DNA from: Nitrosopumilus sp.
GTDB lineage: Archaea; Thermoproteota; Nitrososphaeria; Nitrososphaerales; Nitrosopumilaceae
Length of the DNA stretch: 64,000 nucleotides
NCBI GenBank assembly: GCA_965218695.1
Contig: OZ244651.1
Coordinates: forward strand, 672,001 to 736,000
Direction of reading: 5' to 3'
A model generated the notes under the pieces. The model was not told the DNA's origin, did not search any database, and saw only the letters and a list, made by a program, of their open reading frames with translations. Below are positions 30,761 to 41,836 of this stretch, one piece after another (the stretch's first letter is position 1; each line of letters begins with the position of its first letter). Position numbers and translations under genes: made by a program.

Positions 30761-33393
30761 GGGCAAAACTGGCTGCAGCCGTCGTCGTGTTTGCCGTAAT
30801 TGGCGCGGCGTACGCCGGACTTGCAGAGGACGCGTTTGCCAAACAGCTCCAGATAACGACGGCCCGCGGCAACGTCTTTACCGTAAAGGTTGACATGCCG
30901 GTCAACAGCACGCACACGATCCAAATAATCAACAACATGCAGGTAATCAACAACACCGACCCCGGGATAACCTTCCCGATGGACATAGTCACGAAGAACG
31001 CAGAGGGCCACGTCGTCTACGGGAACGGCACGATTGGTGCAGAAAAGCCGCTGGACCCGTACACGTTTCCCGGAGAGTTTGAGTTTGTCGCGGCCGTGCT
31101 GGACACAGACGCCAAGAATACCATGCCCATACCCAAACTCTTGGCAAAATACGAGATGATTAATGACGACTCGCTGAACTGGATAGAGGACACCGACGCC
31201 GGGGACAACATCCTGGTTCCGCTTGACGTGGATCCTGCAACATACGGGAACGGATGGAAGGTGGAAGGAGATTGGACAGTACTGGACAACTCCCCCGGGG
31301 AAAACCGCAAGACACGGGCCAGCATAGACCTCCCGCTAAACGAGATGCTTACGATGAAGGGCGAGATTTCAAGCGGCATGACGGTTCAAATCATATCAGT
31401 CGTGCAACCTTTCAATCCCAACACAGTCTATAGTTACAATAAACACGTAACGTCGTCTTCTTTGTCTTTGGAAAAAAATTACATAGAGTATGACGGCCCG
31501 ACGTACAATGGCCGCATACCCAACCAATGTTCATGGTGGCCAAGCGAATTGACGAAGCAGGGATTCAAGACCAATTATCCAAGCCCCGGAGACGGACTCG
31601 GACCCAATCCAACCGTCTATTATGGGCACAATGAGGTAGCCACGAGCGCGGGCTGCGCCATAGAGTCGCACCTGAATCCTAATAATTTCAATGGTGCCTG
31701 GGATACGGGTCATACGATATACGCAGAGACACTACGCGGCGCCTACGGGCTCACCATTTATCCAAACGTCTACGCCCTTGGTTGCCAATCATCAACCCAC
31801 GTGAGCGTGTCGGCAAGCTACCGCATGGGCACGACCAGCGGCACGACCAGCGTGTCTGTACCGTATACGGGCACGCCGACGGTAAACTGTGTCAGTGAAC
31901 ACGGATACCAAAAAATCACGAGCATCAGCATCCCAAGCCAGTCAATAGAAAAAGAGATAGATCGTGTTGATTTGTTTGATTACACAAAAACGCTCTACAT
32001 ACCCTTGAGCGCGTCTGTCAGGATCGACATACCGCAAATACCGCCCACAATACAGGTGCTGCACTCGTTCAGCGGACAAGATTTCAGCCATCCTTTCACG
32101 ATGCAGTCATACAGCGGAAACCTGTATCTCAGGATTGTCGGCGGCGATGCCACGTCGACGGCGCAGATCAAGGCATTCGAGGGCGAGGATATCCCGCCGG
32201 CCTTCATAGTCACCAACATGCCGCCAAACGCGCCGTACAGGATAACGGCCGACGGCATTACCATAATATCCGGCCTGACGTCGAGCACAGGCGGCATAGA
32301 AATCATTCAGGCAGACATGGATTTTGACTTTTTTGGGGACAAGGATCTCGAGCTTGTGATATGGCCCGACTCCATGTCCAAGCGCGGGGGTAGCGACGCC
32401 GTGATGTTTGACGCATACAACAAAGAAATCAAGGACATCAGGTGGCACGTTCCAATCATATACGTCGCTGAATCCATGCTGCAGGTAAGCATAGATCAAG
32501 ACGGCATGGACATTGCCGGAGTCATATTGGAAGGCGGGTCTGACATCAGTTTCGATGAGCGCCAGGGGTTGTACAATGACGGGGACGAGTTGTTTGTCCC
32601 GCTGTATTCCGATGCCAATGCGATTGCAATCAGGGTCAACGGGGAATGGGCAGACGGCATCCTGGCAGATATCCAGCAGTTTCCGCATTCTGCACGAATG
32701 TCAGACGCTGAAAACACCGCGACCAAATACGCTTTCAGTGATGACATGGGATTCACGGTGGCGCGCGCGTCTGACAGGATCTCCGCGTTTGCCAACAGCA
32801 CCGGCGACATGCAGGTCAGGTTCGTCAACGCCAAGGCGTCTGGATACACAGAATTCCCGTTTGACTCCTATTACTATGGAAACTTTACCCCGCCCGGGGC
32901 ACCAAACACGGAGGAGTGTTTCGTACACGACAGGTGCGGTGTATGGGTGGACAGTGCCACGCATGCAGACCCGACCAGCGTCAGTTGGGGTTCGATAACG
33001 CAGTGGGTAATAGACAACAATCCGGCGGGGGTGCAGCAGGTGATGGCAGCACAGGGGCCGCTCACGGTACATGTCAACGCGTACGTAAACGGCGAATGGG
33101 TCCAAGGCCAGACGATATTTGAAAGCACGGACGTCACTGTCGTGCCCGGCGACTTTCTGGACAGGCGCCTCGTATACCAGTACAACGGCGGCCTGGAGTA
33201 CGGCATGGAAGACGACGATGCAACCATGCGCGTGCCGGTCCAGGCAGGCGACTTTGTGGAGTTTGTGGTGAGCTCCAGAACAATGGCGGCCTCGACCCCG
33301 GTGTATGCGGGCAGTGGCACTTCAGCAGACGTGTGGTGGGGAAACAGCACGTCGCGAATCCACAGCGGCCTCATGCTAGTCAGCATGCCGTGA
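30757..33393 (+). CDS. Large secreted beta-rich protein (about 878 aa), candidate adhesin or pilus-associated protein
   Basis: Signal peptide MRAKLAAAVVVFAVIGAAYAGLAEDAFA; T/S/G/Y/N-rich; no catalytic motif seen. Confidence 0.75.
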   Translation: MRAKLAAAVVVFAVIGAAYAGLAEDAFAKQLQITTARGNVFTVKVDMPVNSTHTIQIINNMQVINNTDPGITFPMDIVTKNAEGHVVYGNGTIGAEKPLDPYTFPGEFEFVAAVLDTDAKNTMPIPKLLAKYEMINDDSLNWIEDTDAGDNILVPLDVDPATYGNGWKVEGDWTVLDNSPGENRKTRASIDLPLNEMLTMKGEISSGMTVQIISVVQPFNPNTVYSYNKHVTSSSLSLEKNYIEYDGPTYNGRIPNQCSWWPSELTKQGFKTNYPSPGDGLGPNPTVYYGHNEVATSAGCAIESHLNPNNFNGAWDTGHTIYAETLRGAYGLTIYPNVYALGCQSSTHVSVSASYRMGTTSGTTSVSVPYTGTPTVNCVSEHGYQKITSISIPSQSIEKEIDRVDLFDYTKTLYIPLSASVRIDIPQIPPTIQVLHSFSGQDFSHPFTMQSYSGNLYLRIVGGDATSTAQIKAFEGEDIPPAFIVTNMPPNAPYRITADGITIISGLTSSTGGIEIIQADMDFDFFGDKDLELVIWPDSMSKRGGSDAVMFDAYNKEIKDIRWHVPIIYVAESMLQVSIDQDGMDIAGVILEGGSDISFDERQGLYNDGDELFVPLYSDANAIAIRVNGEWADGILADIQQFPHSARMSDAENTATKYAFSDDMGFTVARASDRISAFANSTGDMQVRFVNAKASGYTEFPFDSYYYGNFTPPGAPNTEECFVHDRCGVWVDSATHADPTSVSWGSITQWVIDNNPAGVQQVMAAQGPLTVHVNAYVNGEWVQGQTIFESTDVTVVPGDFLDRRLVYQYNGGLEYGMEDDDATMRVPVQAGDFVEFVVSSRTMAASTPVYAGSGTSADVWWGNSTSRIHSGLMLVSMP

Positions 33394-33513
33394 TTGGCCA
33401 AAACGCGGCATAATTGAAAGATGATACACCATACTGTACCAATAGCCGTACATGCCATGTTTACTTATCGTGAGTACACATCCCTTTATCACTGACGGAA
33501 CACCAATAATGTC

Positions 33514-34249
33514 ATGAACCTGACCAACCCACGGATCTTCATCCCGCTGGCGTGGCTTGGCTTGACTTGGCTGCACGGCCGCGTATTTCGTGGCGGCGTT
33601 CTGGCTGCCGAGGCCTGACTTTGCAGTCCAGGAGACGGCAGTGTCGGTAAGCAGCATACTTGAGATTTGGTGGCACGAGATAATGGGGAGCGCGCCAGTG
33701 CTGATACCGGGGTTCGGCGCACTTTGGGGCATTCTTTCCAGCATGGGCTTTGCCCACTCCGTGTTCTTCATGTCAGAGAACGGTATGTTTGCCATGGGAC
33801 CGCAGTTCATGTTCGTGACGTTCCCGTTCCTTTCACTGTACTTGTTGGCGCAGTGCATCATGATCAGGCGCGGAATCCTGATACTCATGGCCTTGCGGCA
33901 GCCTGCAGAGACAGAAGAGGTGACAGCAGCGTACCACGAGCCCGAACAAACCGCTGGATGGAGCGAAAGTGGCAACGGGTATGGCATATCCATGCTTGTG
34001 GACAAGCTTGCTCCGATGGCCAAACCGTTCCTGCGAGATGCCGGCATATTCTTCGCTCTGCTGTTTGTCTCGGCAATACTGACGTTCGTGGCGTGAGGCG
34101 ATGTTCCGTCAAGCACGACACTCCAGGCATACTGGACGTACGACGGCATGCTCGACTATTTGGTGATGCTGCCAGACAAGATTGGGGAATTCGTGCCCGC
34201 CGTTGATTGGGATGCCGTGACCGGCATTATGTGGGATTCGCTTGCCTGA
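33514..34249 (+). pseudogene. SpoIIM-like multi-TM membrane protein pseudogene (frameshift plus premature stop)
   Basis: ATG 33514 is 10 nt out of frame across CTTGG-CTTGA-CTTGG (33556-33570). IPGFGALWG motif. The frame stays open for 50 codons after TGA 34094-34096. Confidence 0.6.
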
Positions 34250-34344
34250 TCCCCGGCCGGCGTGTCATAAGGAATTGATCTGCTGCCGCGTGAACAATCC
34301 GTAATGGGATCATGGCGGCATGCATAACTCACGTTAGACCATAT

Positions 34345-34378
34345 TCAAAATAAAAAAAAGAAAAGGGGTGTGTGTTTT
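34345..34378 (-). terminator. Oligo(T) terminator after the S-layer gene
   Basis: The minus strand reads ccccttttctttttttttatttt just after the stop. Confidence 0.6.
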
Positions 34379-36285
34379 CTAGTTTACAGTTATTGCTATC
34401 GTTGCGGTCGGTGAGAGTGCAGTTGGGTTGTTGATGGATTCCCAGACGAACGCAGTCACGTCATACGTGCCTGCCTCATCTGGAGTCCAAGAGACTGCCA
34501 CACTGAGTGACTGTCCTTCTGTCAGCGAACCCTTGATCCAGTCAAGTGAGACCGTTACGCCGTTTTCATCCTGTACCTGTATGAGGTAGGCAAACTCTTG
34601 TGCCTTGTCCTGTCCGTTGGTCACGTCAGACTCTAGCTGAATCTGGGTGTCAACGGATACGGTGTCAAGCGTGTTGCCGAACGAATCGACTGCTCGCAGG
34701 TCAGATATTGGTGCCCTCTCCAATGGTGGTACGATAGTACCAATCAGAGTGGTGGCGCCTACCCTGAGCCTTTCTGTCTCCTTGAACGGTGCCGGTAGCG
34801 TGTTGTCGTAGTACTGCGCGGTAACGGTGTCGCCCTCTACTACCCTGAGCCTGTGGCCGCTGGTGTCAACTCCAACACCAAAGAAGACGGTGCCTTCAAA
34901 GATGCCGGTTGCAGCATTGGTCTCAGTCACGGTGAGGTCGATTCCGCCTCCGTCAGAGTCGGACCAGACGGTCACGTCGAAGTTGTCGACTGCCTCCGGG
35001 TTCAGGTTCATGTCAGGATCGATGATCCTCACTATTCCTGATCCGCTGGCAGGATAACTTGCCTCGAGCCACTGGACCTCGCCCACGTTCCACCTGATTA
35101 GGGCGGAGCTGCTGACAGTCTCGCCGTCAGAGAACTTGAAGGATACGGATATCCCGCTTTCACTGTCGGTTTCTATCTGACCGTCTGTAGGTCCGGTTCC
35201 ATCGGTTATTCCCGATGCGTCGCCGTCGTTGCCGTCGCCGTCTGCGTCATGGGTGCCAAATCCTGTCAGGATCACCTCGCCGGTAAATATGCCGGTGTCG
35301 GCGCCAGTCTCGACGAGCTTGTACTGTTCAAGCTCGTTTCCACGGGTTGATATCCTTACCGGATAGTCGTCGGTGTTGCCCACCTCGTCTACCTGGTCTG
35401 AGTCGGTGTTGTGGTCAGGTGCGACTACTGTCACGTAGACCTTGTCAGTCCACGTGTAGACGCGCTGGTCCAGCTCGATGGTTGCTCCAAAGTTAGACGT
35501 GTAGATGGTGGTGGAGACTTCCTCGTCCTTGTCTCCGACAAAGTCAGAGCCGGACGGTCCCCAGTCGTTGTACGTCAGGGTGATCTCCTCGCCTCGTTGT
35601 AGCGTGCTGCCGTCTATCTCGTCTGGAATCGTGACCACTACCTGGAAGATTCCAGTGTTGGATCCGGTTTCAAGGAGATTGGAGGGCGTCGCGCCGAACG
35701 CGCCATCGTTAAGCGTTTTTGTGCCTGCATCAGAGTCCCATTCGATCAGGTCAAGGACGTATGTCTCTGTGGTGTCGCTGTCAAGGTTCAAGTCTGGTTC
35801 GATGAGCGTCAGTATCGCGTCGCTTCCGAGGATGTACGCAGTCTGGTCGGACTGGAGTACGCCGTTTCGCAAGTCGAAGGTTGCAGAGTCAGTCACGGTG
35901 TTTGAACTGCCGGATGCGTCAGACGGGTCGTTGTATATCACGTGGAGAATGTCTCCCTGCAGTATACAGCCCGGAGATTCCAGTGAAACCTCGTCTAGGA
36001 GGTCAGGTCTCGGTTCCTCGACGTCGTTGCTAGTATTATCGTCGACGTTGTTCGCCTCTCGAATCGCTGTGACGTCGGTGACATATGTGGCATATCTTAT
36101 TGCGTTCTCTGCTTCAATCCTGTCATTTATGTCGTCAATTGTGTTTGCGTTTATTTCGTATTCCACTCCGTTGATGTCTATTGTGTCAGCCAATACGGCC
36201 ACGGGACAGTTGCTGTCAGACGGGCCTTTGTCGAATGAGACTTTCACCTCGTGCTCGAATATGCCCGAGTCAGGGGCAGTCTCTA

Positions 36286-37387
36286 TAGTGAAAAGTGAAA
36301 GTTCGTTCCAAGTTCAGCACCTCAGACCGAAAACTATGTAGATCAGCCGGTCGCCTAACGCGGCATGATCAAAGTAACACGGGAAGAACTCGAAGTAGCA
36401 TACAAAAAAGAAAAGGACCTCAGGGTGGGAGCCAGAATGCTTGCAGTACACATGGTACATTTTCGTAAAATGAGCATAGATGATGCGGCCGTCAATCTTC
36501 TGCGATGTCCCAGGTGGGTACGCAACTGGCTGGAACGCTTCGAGAATGGAGGTCTACAAGGCCTCCGGGATCTTCCCAGATCCGGCAGGCCGCCCAAGAT
36601 TTCACCTGAAGCAATGGACGGCATACTGGACAAGGTAGACCGGTTCAAGACCACTCCTGCCGAACTGCAACAGGTCATACACAGGGAGACGGGAACAAAG
36701 ATGCACAGGACGAACATCAGGAAAATCATGCAAAAATACGGTCTGTCCCCCAAGGGGTCGCAAAGGATCCACATCAACAGGGCCACCAAGGCAGCCGTAA
36801 AAAGCTGGCAATATCGCCTCAAAAAGAGAATTTCACGCCTAGAAAAAGACGGTTTTGTCCTGGCCGTGCAAGACGAGGCGTTCTTCATACACGACGTAAA
36901 ATCTGGCCGCAAGTATTGGTCCCCCGTGGGGGTGCCAATAACCGTGCCATACACTGGAAGCCACAAAAGAATTACCGCGTACGGTTCAATTACAATGGAT
37001 GGCAGGCAGTTCTTCAGGACTGCCAGCGGGTTTAACGCGCCCACTTTTGTTGCTTATCTCAAGGCCATGCAGAGGCATTTTGGGAAGGTTGCCGTCCTGG
37101 TGGACAGGGCGTCCCCGCACCGCGCAAAAGCCGTCCGGACGCTGCTGCGCGAGAACAAGAACATCAGGATCATATACCTGCCAAAAGGCTCACCGTATCT
37201 CAACGCCGTGGAAGAATGCTGGCACCAGGGAAAACGGAACCTGCTTGTTTCAGAATACTACAAAACCTTCTTGGACATGCACAGTGCCGTCTCCCAGTAC
37301 TATCGAACTGCGAGATTCAATCTGGATTTGATCAAATTCTTTAACAGAAAAGCCGAATTATTTTGCAAGAACTTTTGATCGCCACTA
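36286..37387 (+). mobile_element. IS630 family element a
   Basis: TA duplication (36284-5 and 37388-9) at a CTAG target. Imperfect TIRs tagtg...aaagttc. Confidence 0.92.
36365..37378 (+). CDS. IS630 family transposase
   Basis: DLPRSGRPPK, QDEA, VDRASPH and LPKGSPYLNAVEECW. Confidence 0.95.
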   Translation: MIKVTREELEVAYKKEKDLRVGARMLAVHMVHFRKMSIDDAAVNLLRCPRWVRNWLERFENGGLQGLRDLPRSGRPPKISPEAMDGILDKVDRFKTTPAELQQVIHRETGTKMHRTNIRKIMQKYGLSPKGSQRIHINRATKAAVKSWQYRLKKRISRLEKDGFVLAVQDEAFFIHDVKSGRKYWSPVGVPITVPYTGSHKRITAYGSITMDGRQFFRTASGFNAPTFVAYLKAMQRHFGKVAVLVDRASPHRAKAVRTLLRENKNIRIIYLPKGSPYLNAVEECWHQGKRNLLVSEYYKTFLDMHSAVSQYYRTARFNLDLIKFFNRKAELFCKNF

Positions 37388-40109
37388 TAGTATTGGTGTG
37401 CCGTCCTGTCCTGCCGTCTCCAATGGGTACGTCTGGGAACCGCGGATTACTGAGACGCTCAAGAGTGAGGTGTCGTCGTCCGTCTCGATGCGGTCTATGC
37501 CGTTGGCTGACTGGTCAAAGTCGGCATCGTTGATGCTGACGTATACGGTCAGGCTGCCATCGTCAATAACCACGCCGTCGGTATGTGTTTCGAATACGGA
37601 GTTGTTCTCGGCGGTGCTGCCCATGGTTCCAAACGGTACCGGATAGACGGTCCTGTCAAGGCTTACGGATCCGGTGTTGGATCGTATTCCCGCAGAAGCG
37701 CTTACCGATATGGTTGAGCCGGAGTCGTCCCTGAAGTCAATGTACTCGACTGAGATGTCCTTGCCCGTGATGGACTCAACGTCGTCTGCATCCGTACAGT
37801 GCTCTGCCGGAGCCGCGAAGGTGCCGACAAACACGCCGGTGGCCGCTCCGGTCTCCTGAAGCGTGAACTGGGTGTCTGCAAGTCCATAGTTGCTGGTGGC
37901 ATCAGAGAAGTCTGATTCTGCACAACCGTGGTTGGTCCATAGCTCGCCGTCAAAGGATACACTGAGCAGTGCACCGAACTCGTCGTCGTCGTTGAGCGTG
38001 TGTACGAGCAGCAGGTCGCTGCCGACCCTGTCGTTGAGATTTTGCGTTTCCATCACTGCGGCTTTTGCCTCAACAGGTGGGTCAGCATCAGTATCTGCTG
38101 CTACAGCAGGTTCTGTTTCGATCATGCCAGAGACCACCGTATAGACGTCGGCCTTTCCGCTGTCAACGTTCAGGTCTGCGTCCTCTACCGTGACTACTAC
38201 CGTGTCGGCTACCCTGTAGCCGTCAGAGCCAAGTGACACCACGCCAGAGTGTGTCGGGGTGTCGGCCTCGGCCGTAAACAGCGTGGTTCCGCCGGTGGAG
38301 TCAAGGTCTAGGTATTCCACGGAAACAGAACCGTCGTCAGAGATCAGTATGATGGAGTCGCCGGATACATCGATGTTGCCGTACGTCGCTTCATCAAGTA
38401 TGTTGATCTGGCTGAGTCCGATGTACTCCAGAGTGCCTGTAAAGTCACTGCTGTCGTCTCCGTCCTCGTCGAGTTCAAGCCTGTAGATGGCGTCGTTGAC
38501 GTTAGTCTCTAGATCGGCTTCGAGGCCGAAGGTAAAGACGTCAAATGTTACTGCGCTGGTTTCAAGTGCGTCGTCTTCAGCGAATGTAAGCGTTATTCGG
38601 TTAGGCATCATTTTGTCCTCAGTGACAATATATCTGTCAGCATGGCTGGTCGAAATAGAGGTATTTATCTCATCAGCTTCCTCATTTACGTCGTCAGTAT
38701 CTGGATCATCTATAACTGCAGCTCTGAAGTAATTAACCGCAATAGTGGCGTCTTCAAATGCGCTAAAGTCATAGTTTACCACTTGGAATGTGGTATCGGG
38801 GTAGTCAGCAGCAGTCATGCCAGTCAAATCGATTGTTAGCGTACCTACCCTGGTTGCGTCGTCATCAACGGTTATCAGAGCTCTTTGACTGACAGCCACG
38901 TCCCTAACTTCGTCCGAGGAGGTGTTGCTAACACCAACAAGGTCGTCAGAGGTCAGGGTCGCTTTTATGTTGGTGGTAAGGGTCTGCGGTGTTCCAATCG
39001 TTATGGTTGGAATCATGTGGTCCGGATTTGAAATGTCAAGATCGTCGGCATTCCCCGTGTTGGTGTTGGCGTCGGCGTCAGTCAGCGTAATGCCGATCTC
39101 CTCGCCTGAGCTCCATTCGTCGCCTGCGTCTATCACGACGCGGGCAGTGCTGAACCCAATGGAACTTGTAGAGGTGCTGTCGTATGTGACTGAAAATGAC
39201 AATCCTCTTGCAGCGGCTGCAGTAGTGCTAAGTTCGTCGTTGATGAATTGGGTCTCGTTGTTGCCATCCTCCGTAAAGGTTATCGTGGCAATGGCGTCAG
39301 TTCTCTCGAAGATGTTGGTGCCCTGATTATCAGGATCGTCAACACCTGTATCTCTCATAACAAATGTGATGCTGTCGTCGGTAGTCTTGTTACTGCCATC
39401 GTCAACCAACAGGGAATCACCTCTCTGGTTGTGCGTGGTGATGCTGAGATCCTCGATATCGTCATCAGCAGCAGCATCGGCATCGGCAGTGAAATCGGCA
39501 GCACCGTTACCTAGGTAGGTTGCAGCACCGTTTTCGTCAAATCTCCATACGTCGTCGTCTGTTGGGTCGACGTTGAGTGCCATGTCGTCAAGCGTGATCT
39601 CCACGGCGGTGTTCTGCGGGTACGAGTTCCTGTCAAGGCTTACGCCGGATGCTGGATTGTCAAGATCCAGAGTCACTGTCTGATCGCCTCCAGGCCTCTG
39701 GTAAACGACGTCGAATTCGCCGGCGTCTGCATCAATTCTCATGACGGCGTCAACCGTAAGTGCAGGCTCAGTTGTTGGTGCGTTCCTGATATGGTTCTCC
39801 AAACTAACCGTACCGAATGGGAAGTCGTCTGATACAAAGTATCCGTACCAAGCACTACCCCTGAATCCCATTGTGAGATCTTCATCGTTAACTGTTACCA
39901 ATGGCTGCGTACCGGCTACATCCGTCAGTTCATCAAGGATCACGACCTGCACGATGTTGGTGTGGGCAATCTCGTTGCCCGCGTTTTGTCCCTCCGCTGA
40001 AACCTTCAGGTTCGGGTTGCTTGATATCTGTGCGGCCTGTGCCGGCTCCATGCCGGGTATGGCAAACGTGAGTCCGCCTGCCACCATTATCGTCATTAGC
40101 GTTAAACTA

Positions 40110-41210
40110 TACTGACACGCAAAAGTCTTTGAGCAAATGCCCTAGCCAACCGCAAAGTTTCTAGATCAGACTTTCTTTCATGGAGACATGGACGACTCCA
40201 AACTGGAAGAACTAAAAAAAGCGTGCAAAAAAGAAAAAGACCACAAGGTTCGGGCTAGGATGGTCACGGTACGCATGGTTCGCGTGTTCAACATGACCGT
40301 GGAGGAGACTGCCGACATCCAAGGACGGAGCCCAAACTGGGTCCGCAACTGGTTGAGCCGCTTCGATGACGGAGGCCTGCAAGGCCTCCGTGATCTTCCC
40401 AGATGCGGACGGCCCAGAAAGATCCCGCAAGACGTCATCGACGGAATAATTGCAAAGACGGCATGCCATAAAATCACGCCCTCGGAACTGCAACAGAACA
40501 TACACCATGACACGGGCGTAAAGCTTCACATCACGTACGTCAGGAAGATCATGCACCAGTACGGCCTGTCCCCGAAGGCACCACGGAAAGTCCATGTTAA
40601 CAGGGCCAACAAAAAGGCCGTGCAGAACTGGAAATACCGCTTCAACAAGCGCGTTTCACGCCTAGAAAAGGAGGGATTTACCACGGTAATGGAGGACGAG
40701 GCAATCTTCATACACGACGTGATAGTCGGCCGTAAATATTGGTCCCTGGTGGGCCATCCCATAAGCGTGCCGTACACCGGCAGCCACAAGAGGATCGCAG
40801 CGTACGGCTCGATCGCAAAAGACGGCAGGCAGTTTTTCCGGACGTACGAGAAATTTGACGGACCCACGTTTGTCAGATACCTCAAGGATCTGCACCGGCA
40901 TTTTGGCAAGGTGGTAGTGACGGCAGACCGGGCCCCGCAGCACCGCTCAAAACTGGTAAAGGAATTTCTGCGCAGCAACAGGGATGTCAAGATGATCTAT
41001 CTGCCAAAGGGCTCGCCGTACCTCAACGCGATGGAGGAATGCTGGCACCAAGGAAAGCGCGTCCTGCTCGTCTCGGAATATTACCGGACATTTCAGGACA
41101 TGCACCGGGCAGTTTCGTTGTATTATCGAACCGCCAGGTTCAAGCTTGACATCCTCAAATTTACCAGCCGAAAATATGAGGCATTGTGCACAAACTTTTG
41201 ATCGTCAGTA
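40110..41210 (+). mobile_element. IS630 family element b, a diverged relative of a
   Basis: TA duplication (40108-9 and 41211-2) at a CTAG target. TIRs tactgac...caaaagt. Confidence 0.92.
40188..41201 (+). CDS. IS630 family transposase
   Basis: DLPRCGRPRK, EDEA, ADRAPQH and LPKGSPYLNAMEECW. Confidence 0.95.
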   Translation: MDDSKLEELKKACKKEKDHKVRARMVTVRMVRVFNMTVEETADIQGRSPNWVRNWLSRFDDGGLQGLRDLPRCGRPRKIPQDVIDGIIAKTACHKITPSELQQNIHHDTGVKLHITYVRKIMHQYGLSPKAPRKVHVNRANKKAVQNWKYRFNKRVSRLEKEGFTTVMEDEAIFIHDVIVGRKYWSLVGHPISVPYTGSHKRIAAYGSIAKDGRQFFRTYEKFDGPTFVRYLKDLHRHFGKVVVTADRAPQHRSKLVKEFLRSNRDVKMIYLPKGSPYLNAMEECWHQGKRVLLVSEYYRTFQDMHRAVSLYYRTARFKLDILKFTSRKYEALCTNF

Positions 41211-41362
41211 TAGTTAATTTGAATAATCACACCACTGCTTCAGACCTTACGCGTGACCGGTGCGCAGACGCGCACCTTCCTGTATCGGACAAACATCGAC
41301 TAGCCGTACTGTCCTGCCCGAGAATTCCTTCACCCTTAAACGTAAAGGAATGACTCGGTTTC

Positions 41363-41836
41363 GTGAACCAGATACTGGCCTTCATGTTGCTGATTGCAGT
41401 CTCCATGGCGATAGGATTTCCGCTGGTCTTCTTTGGTACCGAGAGGTTTGGGGACGCGGCACTGAGCTACCGCGACTTTGCCGAACAGTCAAGGATCAGA
41501 TCAGGGCAGTCCATAGCCGTGACATATCTGTGCAATGCCGATGGCCCTGTCAGCGGAACCGTGATCAATGTGGGACTTCAGGACATTACTATATTTGCCG
41601 CCTTGGCAGACGACGAGGTGCTGTGCACCAACGGCGGCCCCAACAAGTGTCCAGGCGGCGATTTTGACCTCACAAGTTACGGCGATACCGTTGGCAAGGA
41701 CGGTGAGCCATTTATGCCAGAACAGATTGCAAACTTTACGACCGGGACGAAGAACGTGACTGATGCGGTGCGGTTTGTCACAGAGAGCGGCAAGCTCTTT
41801 GAGATTCCGATATCTGACGTGACTGCCACGTGCTGA
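41363..41836 (+). CDS. Archaeal type IV pilin/archaellin-like protein
   Basis: N-terminus (V/M)NQILAFMLLIAVSMAIG, VINVGLQDITI and C-terminal RFVTESGKLFE, which are archaeal pilin-like motifs. Confidence 0.65.
   Translation: MNQILAFMLLIAVSMAIGFPLVFFGTERFGDAALSYRDFAEQSRIRSGQSIAVTYLCNADGPVSGTVINVGLQDITIFAALADDEVLCTNGGPNKCPGGDFDLTSYGDTVGKDGEPFMPEQIANFTTGTKNVTDAVRFVTESGKLFEIPISDVTATC

Larger units (their letters stand above)
34379..41220 (-). pseudogene. slaA: S-layer protein (SlaA-like) gene, about 1545 codons when reconstructed; split by two IS630s and lacking its first codons
   Basis: Removing both ISs joins KLTSLTLMTIMVAGGLTFAIPG and PILETAPDSGIFE in frame. Repeated ETG..TGIF.G and D.DLN.D motifs. 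C-terminal Q.FAYLIQVQDENG...FVWESINNPTALS. Confidence 0.9.

Noticed and set aside
36286-41210. Composite transposon of two IS630s carrying the S-layer 5' half
   Set aside because: The two ISs are clearly diverged, and the S-layer frame rejoins across each one independently.
41205-41240. Xer/dif-like site at the S-layer truncation point
   Set aside because: It is AT-rich with an 8-bp palindrome but has no convincing 11-6-11 inverted-arm match, so it is kept only as an unspecified junction.
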